DNA from: Spongospora subterranea f. sp. subterranea
Lineage: Eukaryota
Length of the DNA: 64,000 nt
Direction of reading: 5' to 3'
Assembly: GCA_049724395.1 (NCBI GenBank)
Contig: JAUGWO010000042.1
Span: 62,001-126,000, forward strand
Shown here piece by piece: positions 13,879 through 27,236 of the stretch (the stretch's first letter is position 1; every line of letters begins with the position of its first letter). The notes below the pieces were generated by a model, which was given only the letters and a program-made list of their open reading frames with translations, searched no databases and was not told the DNA's origin. The translations under genes and the position numbers were made by a program.

Positions 13879-14733
13879 ATGCGCCATGTAAAACCGCCGC
13901 GATTCGAAACTCTGTTTTGTTCACGTTGTGCCCTAGATGTAAATGGGACAGCAATTCGCGACCTCTCCCAGATCACCAGAACAAACCTTCGCGACAGACA
14001 ATCACTCAGACCCAAATCTGCAATTCCTTCATCGGTTCGTCAGGCAAAGCATCGCCGTTGTCATGAGCAGTCGTGTACGAGTACTTGTTCACCAATCTCA
14101 AAGCATGGATATTGTAGTTATCATATGTGGCAGGTGAGGTTGCCATTTATGGTTTTTACTGTGCTTACCCGTCGTCAGGAGAACGAGGCAGCACCATTTC
14201 CGACAAATTCAAGGTGTATTCCTCAAAGCGGTCAAGGAAGTCGACCATCAATGTCTGGTCTGATTCGTTCTCGTAGCCTTGTACAAATAAAACCTAAAGA
14301 TGGAACGTCCCGATCAAATGATGAGCCACAAGTCACGATGGAGAGGGTGCTCTCAAGAAAAAACATCAGCGATTCAGTACCTTCTGATTATGGAAAGTGC
14401 CATGTGAAAGAATGTTTTGGAAATGCGTTTACAACAGGATATTGTTCATATCACAGCCATCAATTCCAGGATATTAAGGAACCAGCGGATTCTTTCAGTA
14501 ACGACCCGCTTGACCAGGAATCTGGAGCTGCCAACTCAAACGGTCAAGCTGACCGAGTTTTATCTCGTTTAACCGATCCAAGACTATACACAGGATCACA
14601 TCAGCATCGGTTTGATAAATTCGGAAGAGGCAGAGGTTTGAATGGACGAGAATCGATCCCAAAGGGAGGTGCAGGATTTGGTATTTATCATGGCGGGCAA
14701 ATTAACGATATCAGTCAAATCATGCGACTTTGA
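13879..14733 (+). CDS. Partial p25alpha (TPPP/apicortin-type) domain protein with two C..C/GYCSYH Zn-finger-like repeats
   Basis: C-terminal RLTDPRLYTGSHQHRFDKFGRGRGLNGRE is the partial p25alpha motif; CHEQSC..HGYCSYH and CHVKEC..TGYCSYH; start uncertain. Confidence 0.75.
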   Translation: MRHVKPPRFETLFCSRCALDVNGTAIRDLSQITRTNLRDRQSLRPKSAIPSSVRQAKHRRCHEQSCTSTCSPISKHGYCSYHMWQVRLPFMVFTVLTRRQENEAAPFPTNSRCIPQSGQGSRPSMSGLIRSRSLVQIKPKDGTSRSNDEPQVTMERVLSRKNISDSVPSDYGKCHVKECFGNAFTTGYCSYHSHQFQDIKEPADSFSNDPLDQESGAANSNGQADRVLSRLTDPRLYTGSHQHRFDKFGRGRGLNGRESIPKGGAGFGIYHGGQINDISQIMRL

Positions 14734-14799
14734 CCATATTGAATATAAACAAAAAATATACATTTATCGAATTGATCATTATCTCGGCAAGCGACCATT

Positions 14800-15771
14800 T
14801 CATGTGAATCTACACCTATTACGTGGCGTTAAATCTTGGTTAATTTTCTGCTGTACAGCTTTCAGAAGCTTTGATGCTAGTAACACAGAGGGCATGAAAA
14901 TCGGTAGGCCATCACGTGGAAAATTGGCTGGTCTTGGTGTTGGCGCGATAATCGCCAGTATGATGAAACATGGAAATATAAACGCTATAAAGCCATGTGT
15001 GATGAAGCTTGGCCAAATAACAGTTACAAACATAGCCGGGAACCCAAATCCAAGAAAGTAAGGCCACCTCCTGCCACCGAAAGGGGTCACTTATTATTTT
15101 GTTTTACAAAACCGATGATTACCTTTGAAAAAAGGTAACCCGCGACTCTATGCTCCATCCTTGTAGAGTCCATTTATATTCCCACATGTAAAATGAATAC
15201 AGCCAGGTTAGAGCAATTAGCCAAATGAAGCGGCCAAGCATTGGAAGGAATGAAAGCAATAACACCACTGAAAATACACATCCCAGTAATAATACTCGAA
15301 AAGCTTCATTGGCGAACGAATTTAGGGAGGTTCCAGGTTTGACTGCTGGCACCCCTCGTATGGCGAAAACCATTTCTGCAATCGATTGATACCAAATCGA
15401 ATTAAACAGGAAGCTCAGGTAGTAGACAGGCCATATCCAGAACTGTTGAAACATATTAAAGATCAGAACAGATCTAAAAAGTATAGGCTTACGATGCAAT
15501 AGAATTTTTCGATTAGGGGGATGATGAAACCTCCCGATGGCACTTGACCCAATCCACCCCGAATGATTGGCATTATTAGGTTATCCATTAGCATTATCGA
15601 TCCGACAAATATCAGAATGTTCAGCGCAGCGCATTGCAGCATATTTTTCCTAACAGTTCGTGATACAAACAGAAATATAGCAACATTATGGAATGACAGG
15701 GCATCGATCAGGCCTGAAACAAAGGATTTCTGGACTGGGACATGTTGCAATGTGGTGTCGCCGTTATCCAT
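14800..15771 (-). CDS. EI24: EI24 (etoposide-induced 2.4) autophagy membrane protein
   Basis: QCAALN..IFVGSI, FWIWPVYYLSFLFNSIWYQSIA, WLYSFYMWEYKW, RWPYFLGFGFP, FIFPCFIILA motifs. Confidence 0.88.
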
Positions 15772-16336
15772 GCTGCAAAGCAATGGGAACAGCAATCACC
15801 GAATGTCCAAGTTATGGGCTGGCCGCTGCAGCTATTGACGTGTTTCGACCGATGACAATTCCAGGGCGGTCATTCAATTTGTCATTTCTTAAGCCACTTT
15901 AAGTGGTCAGATGAGGTTGACAGTACCGTACAAATGGTGCGCTCTGTCAGATGTGTAACTTATCACAAGTGGCCGATATGACTCTGCGCAGCCACAACTG
16001 CACAATTAGGGTGAGGGGAATAATCATCAAGAACATCTATTGGCGAACCGTCGTCCTTTGGAACTCAAAGACCATGTATTCGCTCGCCAATGGCATGATA
16101 ACATCTCATTGGTGCCGATTCGAATTTTCATCAACCAAAAAAAATCAATAGTGGAGAAAGCTCGTCTGGAAGCCGGTTGATGATCAAACTGCGTCTTGAG
16201 CTGACCATGAACAGATCAGTAGTTTATTTCTCAGCAATGTCGATTTCCATAAATTGGTGAAAAGTAGGAAGTTGAAAGGATGGGGAGGAGAACGAAAGGG
16301 TAAAGACAGTGCGGAGAATGACTAAGGCGTATTGAT

Positions 16337-17541
<1,205 letters not shown>

Positions 17542-18016
17542 TTGTGTTTGTGTTGTACCGATCTATGCAATTAATACATGCAGTAAATGGGTATTATTGG
17601 ATTTTTCAAACATGTACTGTAACTTGCCATATATGCAATATCATCTTGATGTTCATTTGTTTCATTATCAGTTTGATTTCATCTTTGTTTCGCTTGTCGT
17701 GCTTGAACTTTCCACATTACCTTTATCCATGCTCCACGATGTTATCTACGTTGGACTCCTTCCCGATGTTAAATCAAGGCGTAATCGGCGGTTGACCATA
17801 GCTTAAAACTAAAGCTCACGTGTTGCCGAGAGAGCGGCTGTCGGATCCACTTTTTTGGAATATTTTCTCTAGGTTTGATGACGCCTCTCAACCGGTGATC
17901 GTCTGCACAACCTACCACCACCTACCACAGCTGCAGTAATGTACACACACCCTTCGCCTTACGGTATATTATCGCCTTCAACTTGACCGGCTTTATCATT
18001 TCTGACAGAGTACGAC

Positions 18017-19000
18017 ATGGCAGAGAGAGCTGCAGAGCTGGTCGCGGAAGCGCACCAGAAAATGAAGCCTGGGTTTTTAGGCTTATTCAAAAAAGTTGAC
18101 GAAGGTGCCGAGCTATTCGAAAAAGCTGCCGGCCAATATAAACTCGCCAAACTACGTGTGTATTTTCTGAACTTTTGAATCTCGGTCATCTGATGCATTT
18201 GCCAATAGTGAAAGAGGCAGCCGAGACCTATCTTCTTGCAGCCAGTGCATATAAAGAGGCGGATGACTCTACCAAATCAAGGAATTGTTATATCGACGCA
18301 GCAAAATGCTACAAAAAGACATCGCCAAGTGAGGCAATTCGATTGTTTAAAATCGCTACTATCATGCACACAGAAGCAAACCAACTTGCTTCAGCTGCCA
18401 AAATATATAAAGAGATAGGAGAGCTTTGTGAAGAAGAACATGATGTCAAGGGCGCAATTGAGGCTTATTCTCAGGCCGCTGATTGTTATACGGCTGAAGA
18501 TCAGACTACTTCTGGAAATCAATGTCTTATTCTGGTCGCAAATCTTTCTGCCACGGTTGAAGATTACCGCCGCGCGATTGTTATATACGAAGATGTTGCA
18601 ACTGCGTCGCTTGATAATAAGCTGCTGCAGTGGTCAGCGAAAACATATTATTTCCAAGCAATCCTTTGCCACCTGGCATTATCTGCGTCTGGGAGCTCAG
18701 GTCTATCTGGTGCCGATGAAGCTATAACACGCTATAAGAACGCGTATGCTGCGTTTGAAACGAGCCGGGAATGCAAGTTTTGCGAGCAGTTATGTGAAGC
18801 AATCGCTCAAGGCGATATTGAAAAGTTTCAAGACGCCGTATTCGATGTAAGGGTCTGTTAGATGCATAGTTTGAAAACTGACAGGTATGTAGTTTGACAA
18901 CATAAGTAAGCTGGATGCATGGAAAACGAGCATTTTATTGCAGATCAAGAAATCCATTCACAAAGCTACATCGGAAGTAGGAGACGTTGACCTCACTTAG
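18017..19000 (+). CDS. NAPA: Alpha-SNAP (Sec17)
   Basis: AELFEKAAGQYKLAK, YIDAAKCYKK, AAKIYKEIGEL, SLDNKLLQWSAKTYYFQAILCHL, FETSRECKF, FDNISKLDAWKTSILLQIK. Confidence 0.93.
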
Positions 19001-19151
19001 TTATAATTTATCACTTCATATCACCATATTTACCATCAAAAACGGCCTCATAAGAAAATACACCGTCTGTTTTTCTTCGGTACAGTACAACCAAGGGGTT
19101 GCGCGCATAGTATATTAAGCTGTGAATAGTTGTATATCGGTGTTCGCCAAA

Positions 19152-20008
19152 ATGAAAACTACAATGACGTGTCTTCTGACATTTTTATTTGTTCTGGCTG
19201 CGGGATGTAGTTCTGAATCCATATTCCATACAAAAAAGCTGCTTGGTTTAGTGGCTAATCAGGTCCTCAAATGGCGAGTCGAAGCAACCCGTTCAGTGGA
19301 CACTGGGAATCCTCAACTGGGTTTGAAAACCCTATTTGATTTGTCTGCAACGCTGGCTGATGGAAAAATAGTAGAACTAAGTGACTATGGAGGACAGGTG
19401 AGTACCATAATCGCAATAACTGGAAATAAATAACTGTTTTGAAGGTTGTCTTGATAATAAATGTCGCAAGTGAGTGCGGTTTTACTGACACATCTTACAA
19501 AAATCTAGTTCGTCTACATGAAAAATACGGCGAACAAGGTAATTTGAATAAATCAATTTCATAATCTGAACAAGGAAAAGGATTCACTATATTTGCATTT
19601 CCATGTAACCAGTTCGGCGCGCAAGAACCCAATCCTAGTCATGTTGTTCAAGAATATATTCAAAGCCAGTATCAGGGTAGTTTTCCAGTATTTTCAAAAG
19701 TAGAGCTACCAGTTTGAATGAATTCTATCAAATGACCGGGTTGATGTAGGCTGACGTGAATGGAGCGAAAACCGGGGAAATTTTTAGGGTCTTGAAATCG
19801 TACTTCCCTGGAGATGTAATATGGAATTTTCACGGAATCGTATGTGTACTACACGGCACGATTAAGAAGTTGACCGATTGTGGTTCCATAGTGGCTTGTT
19901 AACAGACTTGGCATACCAATAGCCAGATTTGACGACCCGGATTACGATGCTATTGAGAGCCAGATCGTGGACGAGCTTTCTTCCCATGCTCGCAAAGGAG
20001 AACTGTAA
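19152..20008 (+). CDS. GPX: Cys-type glutathione peroxidase with signal peptide and C-terminal KGEL (ER-type)
   Basis: VVLIINVASECGFT, FAFPCNQFGAQEP, FPVFSK.DVNG, WNF; TGC (Cys) not TGA at the catalytic position. Confidence 0.9.
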
Positions 20009-20269
20009 TACACATTGCTCTTTGCTTACCGATGTCATCGGCAAACCGCATGCGAGCGTCAGAAAACACAGGAAAGCAGTGTTCACATGTGCAACCCTTC
20101 ACCAGTAACTAATGTACAATTGTACATTACCGTGTTGGCCAAGACCGACATAGGGTTCCGCCGTTCTCCACCCGATAGACCTGAGAAGAGGCAGTGGCCC
20201 ATTATCATTGCTCTTGATAATCAATCCACACTTTTGATTATTATCAGCGAGTTAAATTCCCTCTTCAAC

Positions 20270-21816
20270 ATGTCGCGGTTCCCAGCCAAGGTTCCAAACG
20301 CATTGTCATCGCTGCCTCCCGTTCCTTCGTTCAAGGGTGGCCACGTAGACACTCCGGCCGAGCCCTCCCGTACTCAGGCCAGAACGTTTTCTTCTCCACA
20401 ACGTCTGAAGGTTAAAATTTTATCTCGTTAGTTGCAATCCCATAATGACGTGATGGTGAAGGTTCAAGCGGCGGCAGAGAAAGTTCAGAATTTGCAGCAG
20501 CGCTTGAAAGCGTCTGCCAATGAAAAAGAGCTTCAGTTAACGGCTGTGGAAAAAATCCTCTCAGGAGAGAGCTCGAGCAACACAGAGGAAGCTGAAGATG
20601 CGTTACTGCAGGCGCTCAGCGGTTTAGCTGGCCCAACGCTCCGAAAACGCTCAGATATATGGTGCCGTTTGTCATCTCTGGCTCAGAGAAAAGGGCAACT
20701 GGAACGTGCGGCGTCATATCTGCAACAGGTGCGTTGAAAGAGCTTGCAATTGTCTGGAAAGTAACCAACTTGTTTTAGGCAACAATCTTCAAGGCCCAAC
20801 CAGTTGATGCCATCAATCAGGCATTGAAAAACCTGTACCTTGAATGTGGCGGCACCATCAGTGATCTGCTAGTTCCACCCGATAACAACACTTCGCAGCT
20901 TGAACCCAGGGAGGCGACCCCGGTTTTAACGCCAATCACGAAGAAGCTGCAATCAAAGCTGCGCCACGAAGATGATTCAGAAGCAACGAATGACGATCGC
21001 TGCCAAACCAATTTTGGAACTCCACGTGCTGGGAAATTATCACTGCTCAAACAGATTCCAAGCCAGCGTTATGAAGAGCAGGATACCCCGTCACCAACGT
21101 CAGTGCCTATTGTTCAACTTTCAGCGATGCTTGAAAAAGCATACATTGAGCAACCGCCTCTGCCAATCGTTACAAAATTTGTGAAGCAAGAGACCTCATT
21201 CAATTGCGAACAACAGAATACTGATCAGTATGCCATTCGCCGATTGAATGACCATGATTCTGTTCCCTCCTTAGCTCGTGATATCGATGATATTCTTGAC
21301 GATTTCGTTGCTCCATCCACTGCCTTCAGCAATGCTCAATCATTGAATTCGCAAACAAAACAGCCGGCAACACAACCAAGCTACCGTGCAGTTCGGATCA
21401 AGCCAGAGCATGCAATTACACCGATTACAGAGTTGACACAGCAGCTTGAAGGGAAATTAGCTTTCCCAATCTCTCAATCCGACATCGCTTCATCATCGAA
21501 ACCGAAGCCGACTGGAACTGCAATCGTTATTGAAAATGTTGGCAGGGGAGGTCGCCTCGATGTCGCTTCTCCAGTAAGAAGAACATTTCGACGGCTGGAT
21601 CACGGGCAAACTGCAGAGGAAGCTGATGCGGTTTTAGCTGAATGCCAATACGAGTTTAAGCCTAACGTTCATTTAACGCCATTGCGTCCTGCAAAAGTAC
21701 AAACTATTCAACGCGAAAATGTTGATCCATTGGATGATGGGGCACCTATGGTCAATAAAGACTTGACAAGCGTTCGACGGTCGCGGCGATTAAGTGAGAA
21801 ACAGACACTTCATTGA
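20270..21816 (+). CDS. CKAP2-C-terminal-like microtubule-associated protein
   Basis: IWCRLSSLAQRKGQLERAASYLQQATIFKAQPVDAINQAL, SPVRR...YEFKPNVHL and RRSRRL resemble CKAP2/CKAP2L C-terminal motifs. Confidence 0.55.
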
Positions 21817-21856
21817 ATTGAATTTCTCAATAAAACCGCCTCGAACTTTATTCGTG

Positions 21857-23060
21857 TTAATTTTGAGCTGTCATGGGTAAAAACTGAATTGTCTTCACAA
21901 TGTATTTGTTCCGGCGAATATTTACGCTGTCCAAGCCCCACTCGATTTCCTCCCAATCGATATCCCTTTGTACAACTTCGGCACACTCATCGGGGATTGG
22001 AACTCTCCTATTCGAGCTTTCGAGATACTTGACGCATCGAGACCACCGGTATAAATCATGATGGCCATCATCTCCATCATGCATAAGTTCATACTGAACT
22101 CCATCTGCATTGAGATAAAGTACTTCTCGACGTAATCGAGTACTGCAACAGGATTGTCAAAATCAAACTACTACGAGAAACCCTCCTGACCTAGTCCATC
22201 GATCTGGACTCATCCCTCGATCAGAGACCAGCCCAAGACAATATTTTAGACAAGGTTCGTTCCAGGAGTTAAACATAATCGTGATATCAGGGGCAAACCT
22301 AACAGAAGCTAAACACACACCGTATGCAAAATGTCCCTGATTACCTGCGCTTGGCATATGGACGACGGGTAGGCCCTGCACCAGCAACGCTCTTTGGCAC
22401 TTTGAGTTGATTCCCTGGCGATCGCGGGTCTAATTTATCAGCATGCTGGAGATGACAAGTACAGTCAGATAAATCATGGGAGCCGGGGGCACTGGAGCTT
22501 ACAATGATCGGTGCAGTTTTAAGCATTTGTAAACATGTTTTATGATAACGTGGTATCCAATTCCTGGATTGCAATTTATATCGAAATTGCCCGATGAAAT
22601 CGCTTTGCGGTGGCAAGACCCGAAAAAAAGCGGATATCCCTGGAGATTTAATGGAAATGGTTGGCCTCAACAAGACCTTTCCTGTGTGTTGACAAATGGC
22701 GACCACGTCAGAATCATCGGTATAAATATCAGTTCCCCAGATCTGCCGAGTGGAGACTTCCTTGTTGCGAGTAGTTAGATGTTTGGCAGCGATGCGAACT
22801 TCGATGACGTGATTCACATATTTTCCCAGTTTTGGAAGAGCAGTACCAGGAATATAGAGTATAGATGCGACTGGGGGTGCATTATCGTCTGATGGTAGGC
22901 CTTCAGGTTCAGGCTCCATAATCTCGCATTGCGACGTCGAAGCAATTGTGTCAATCTTCCGTCGCTTTGCAGTCGAATTCTCCATATCATCACTGAAAAT
23001 CTCAGGAGAAGGAGCCGGGTTCGGTGGATTCTCCAAGGATTGATAAGCTACCTCTGCCAT
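21857..23060 (-). CDS. RXT3: Rxt3 domain protein (Rpd3L histone deacetylase complex subunit)
   Basis: VIEVRIAAKHLT..NKEVSTRQIWGTDIYTDDSDVVAICQHTG Rxt3 signature; C-terminal DIDWEEIEWG. Confidence 0.8.
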
Positions 23061-23210
23061 ATTAGAACCAGCTTATTGACGAGATAATGGAGAATGTGCC
23101 CGAAGTGTATAGTAAACCCTCGCCAATGGTGCAGTATGACCTTGTACACTGTAGATAAGCGGCTAATAGCGCACCGGTAGTGTACATGACGATGACCTAC
23201 ACCTGTTCGG

Positions 23211-23225
23211 CCCCCCCCCCCCCCC
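23211..23225. repeat. Poly-C (15 nt) tract in the Rxt3/WBP11 divergent intergenic region
   Basis: Direct sequence observation. Confidence 0.9.
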
Positions 23226-23689
23226 GTCACTGAATCACTATCGCTGAACAGTTCGAGGATATCTCGCAGTTGACCATGTAAATGAACCTCGGGAGTCGTT
23301 CACACACGTGAATTTGTGACCGAGCTGTGGTTTTGCAAGTGTCATGGTGTGCCTTAACATTTGACTTGATTTCTGATGATCAGTACATACAAAATTGAAA
23401 ATCCGTTTTATCGTGAAATCAGGTCGGAATCTCTGTCAATATTGTGTCTTCATCGTCATCTTCGAAAGCCAATACAGTTGAAAATATGACAACCAAGGCA
23501 TCATCAGTTTTTAACAGAACCCTACATTGCAACCCCGATCGTGTTTGATTCAATTTCAGGATGATTGGTCCGGTGCGGACATTTGTACTGGTTGATCATT
23601 TGGGTGATCGGCGACTGCACAAAGGTCAACGACTTCAATATCGGCGGTGAGATCGGTTGGCCCGAGGGGTGATCATCTGTTATAGCGCA

Positions 23690-24639
23690 ATGGGGAAGGG
23701 AGACAACCCAATGGAGCAATGGAGGTTGGATATTGCTTGGGAATCTGGTCAGGCTCTGTAATTACTCTAGATGCCGTGAATAGGAAGAAGGAGAAGAAGA
23801 AACAACAAAGAAAGAACGTGGAGGATCGTGTCAAGGCACGATCTGCGACGATGATGGCAAAGGATCCCGACAAATTGCTCATGGATATCAAAAGAATTCA
23901 GATGGCGGAAAGACAAGGAACGGCAGATGCGAAAATGATAGCCGTTAAGAAAAGAATGCTCGAGATCCATCATATATCCGATCAGAAACGCGTGTTGGCT
24001 GAAAAACGAAAGGAACTAGAGAAGGGTGTGGTGGTAAAGGGGTTGACTAAGCTACTGGGAAAACCTGTAGCCAAACCCTCGTCATCATCGGCAATAACCC
24101 CAGACGAATCATCGGCGATTCGGCAAGATTATGATGCTACCACACAAGCTGTACCAATGGAGGAGCGAAATGCAGCAACTGTTGACGATGACGGAATACC
24201 AGTTGCCCCTCCAAATCTTGCTCCCCCTCGACCTCATGTTGTTCCTCCTTGGATTCCCACACAGCCGTTGCCCCAACCTCAGTCCATCCCTTATTTTCAC
24301 CAAGGGGTCTTGCCACAAACTGCACCGGTCGTTAGACCATTCCAACCCGCACAGGATCGGCAACATTTTCGTCCGCCGCCAATGCCTCGCCAATCAGCAA
24401 CAATATCTGCACCAGCATCTGTCGCAGGTACAGAGTTCCTCCCAACAAATATGATGTTGGGTTCTCGAAGGCAAGCCGTAGCAAACATCCTTCCTAAACG
24501 CAGAAAACTAGTTCCTGTGCCCAGATCCAACGCCCCCGTACTTGGAGATTTCAGTCAACCTGTTCCCCCTATTACAAGGGCGCCTGTTGAATCAGTTGAA
24601 AGCGCATATGGATCTTTTATGGCCGAGCTTGGCGAATAG
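23690..24639 (+). CDS. WBP11: WW-domain-binding protein 11 (Npw38BP) homologue
   Basis: MGKGDNPMEQWR|KKEKKKQQRKNVEDRVKAR...KDPDKLLMDIKRI, Pro-rich middle with ATISAP, C-terminal AYGSFMAEL. Confidence 0.8.
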
Positions 24640-24841
24640 TCGATATATAATATTTTTGCGGTACAATCCTGAAATCGGTGTCACTTAAACTTATCGGAAG
24701 TGCAATCAACGACCGTTTGTAGTGATAAATCATGGTCTCCTATCAGTATGAACATATCATCGATCATTAATTAAATACCTTCCACGGATATTAAACCGGA
24801 TCAGGTCTGTTCTATAATAATTATCTCGTCATCGTACGATC

Positions 24842-25637
24842 ATGCGGATCCTTTGCCTTCACGGTTTTGGTCAGAACGCGTCCAATTTCCAGGGGAAGAC
24901 CGGTGGCCTTCGGTGTTATATATTGGCTGATGATGATCCCTCTCAAATCTAATTTGCTTCTGTACAGTCGTGTGTTGAAGAGATTTGCCGATTTGGAGTA
25001 TATCCAGGCTCCACTTCAATTGACTCCTTCCACCGCAGATCAAACGGGTTCTCATATCACACCGAATTGTCGTGTCAAGGCACTAATTGCTGATTGGTTT
25101 TATTGGCTTAGAAAGCTCCCCAGGCTATACATGGTGGAGATTTGATGCTGAGACCAAGGAATATGAAGGGTGGAAGGTACATTGGGGGTTTTATCCAGCC
25201 ATACTGGCACCTGATAAATTGTCTGATCTATAAAGGATAGCGTCGCCTACATTAGAAATTACATAGTCAACAATGGGCCATTTGATGGCCTGTTTGGATT
25301 TTCACAAGGAGCCTCCATGCTTTATGTTCTTTGCGCCTTGCAACAACAAGAGGTCAATAGCGGTCAACTAGCACAACCATGGCATATGAAATTCGGGATA
25401 TTCTGTGGTGGATTCCTTCCTCGTGATCCTGCTATCCCGCAACTGCCTCAATCCCAGATTATCATCCCGACTCTGCACATTATTGGACAATCTGACGAAA
25501 CAGTTCCTGCAGATAAAAGTGAGGGCCTCGCCCGAATGTTTGCTGATCCAGATATTTATCGCCATCCCGCTGGCCATTTCATACCGACGGTCGTTGAAGC
25601 TGCAGAGCAGTATCGGCAATTTATGAGCAAGCTTTAA
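24842..25637 (+). CDS. Serine hydrolase, FSH1/OVCA2 family
   Basis: MRILCLHGFGQN, GPFDGLFGFSQGA, IPTLHIIGQSDETVP, HPAGHFIP. Confidence 0.92.
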
Positions 25638-25925
25638 CCGAACCCCATCTAATTGCCAAACCCCCAATACAGACTATCCTGATTCCTCCTCAAAGCCGTT
25701 TTTTACAGAATTATATTCCCATTTAACTACTTAGGTTAATGAGGTTGGTAGAACTGGGGTTCACCAGATGTGATTGATATCGGTTCCTCATTATATGCGG
25801 CATTTTAAGACCAGGGTTTATTGGCACATTGTCTGCAGGATTGGCAGGCAACACGCCGGCCAACACCATCATTGGCACTCGGCTGGCCTAATCCCCAACG
25901 GTCAATCCAAGCAGGATTGGGGCTC

Positions 25926-26582
25926 ATGGTCCCAGACACACAGCCCATATGGCCCAAGGCCATGGCGCTAGGTCTACTGTCGTCTTCCATCACCGCATCA
26001 TACCAGGCCATTATCGGGGGGAATATTATTCGCCCATCTGCATGTAATATAGCCAATGGCGTCCTGTAAATCACCATACCTCAATCGATTATGGCATTGC
26101 CAATTAGGGACAGGTCTCAATGCCAGCCTCAGCGCCGGGGTCTTTTTATTATTCAGAGATCGCCTGGACCAAACTCAATGTGATAATGAAATATTGAAGA
26201 GCACGTTCTCTGGTTTGATATCAGGTGCTCTATTGGGAGCAATGCAACGATCAGTCAAATCGACGTGGCAATGGTATATTTATGGACCCTTGAACATATC
26301 TTCATTGGTTGATATTTGATCTATTCTAGCTCGTTGATGATGGGATCAGCAGCGGGTTGTCTTCATGCCTGCAAGGATTGGGTGATAGAAGTGGTTCGCG
26401 AATCACCGCCGTCGTCCGTCAAAGACCAGCCCACGTCCTGGGCGTTCACTGATTTTTTTCCTGACTGGATTCCCATTCACCAAACCCGATCGGAGCAGGT
26501 CGAACTTCATTTTCAACACGAGGAATTGATGAAGAAACTGATCGCAGACCTAACGCATTTCGAAGAAGGCACACCCAAATAA
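25926..26582 (+). CDS. Small membrane protein, Tim17/22/23-family-like
   Basis: Gly/Ala-rich hydrophobic helices (GLISGALLGAM, MMGSAAGCL); spliceable across three ORFs. Confidence 0.45.
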
Positions 26583-26654
26583 CTGGTAAATTATTCAGCT
26601 CAGTTTCAGAGCAGGGCAATGTGCATGGCGTCATTTTATGTGATTTCATCAATG

Positions 26655-26755
26655 ATCCACGAATGTGCGGAAGTACTTGAGGCTCTCACGATCGGTAAAG
26701 ACGACGACAGTATGTACTGCACCTTCAAGGAACTGTCGCCATTCTTGGGAACGCT
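26655..26755 (-). mobile_element. Ty3/gypsy RNase H fragment (relic)
   Basis: QEWRQFLEGAVHTVVVFTDRESLKYFRT matches the LTR-retrotransposon RNase H motif EWRHYLEG...V.TDH..L.YF. Confidence 0.7.
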
Positions 26756-27236
26756 GACTTAATCGCGCGATCTGGCCTCTGTATACAAGTGCATTATAAT
26801 TCGATCCGCGATAGTTTATTGAACACATATTTCTAGTTGGGGTTGATCGCATCATAAAGCGTTTCCGTAAATGGGTCGCTGTTCAACTCGGTTCTGTCAA
26901 CTAATGTTGTTGATGACGTGATTTTCTGCCGATCATTCTGAGTTGATCTCCTACACAGTCACATACAGTTCCAAACGTGTTGTTCACCTAACGGTTTGTG
27001 ATTCGTGGAACGACATCCGAAAAGAAACCAGGTCGAACAATGGACGTCGGCCAACGTTAATGTGCTGAATCCTGATTGGGGACACCGCTTCCTTTGTACA
27101 TAATCGACCTGATCATGATCCAGTCTGTCACAGCCCCAATATCATGAACTAGGGAAATGGGATCCCAGACATATCTTGTCGATCGGTATAGTATAATAAT
27201 TCCATCACAAGCAGACACTCCACAATCGGTATTTCC

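Noticed and set aside
19460..19490. Possible selenocysteine in the GPx
   Set aside because: The catalytic codon is TGC (Cys).
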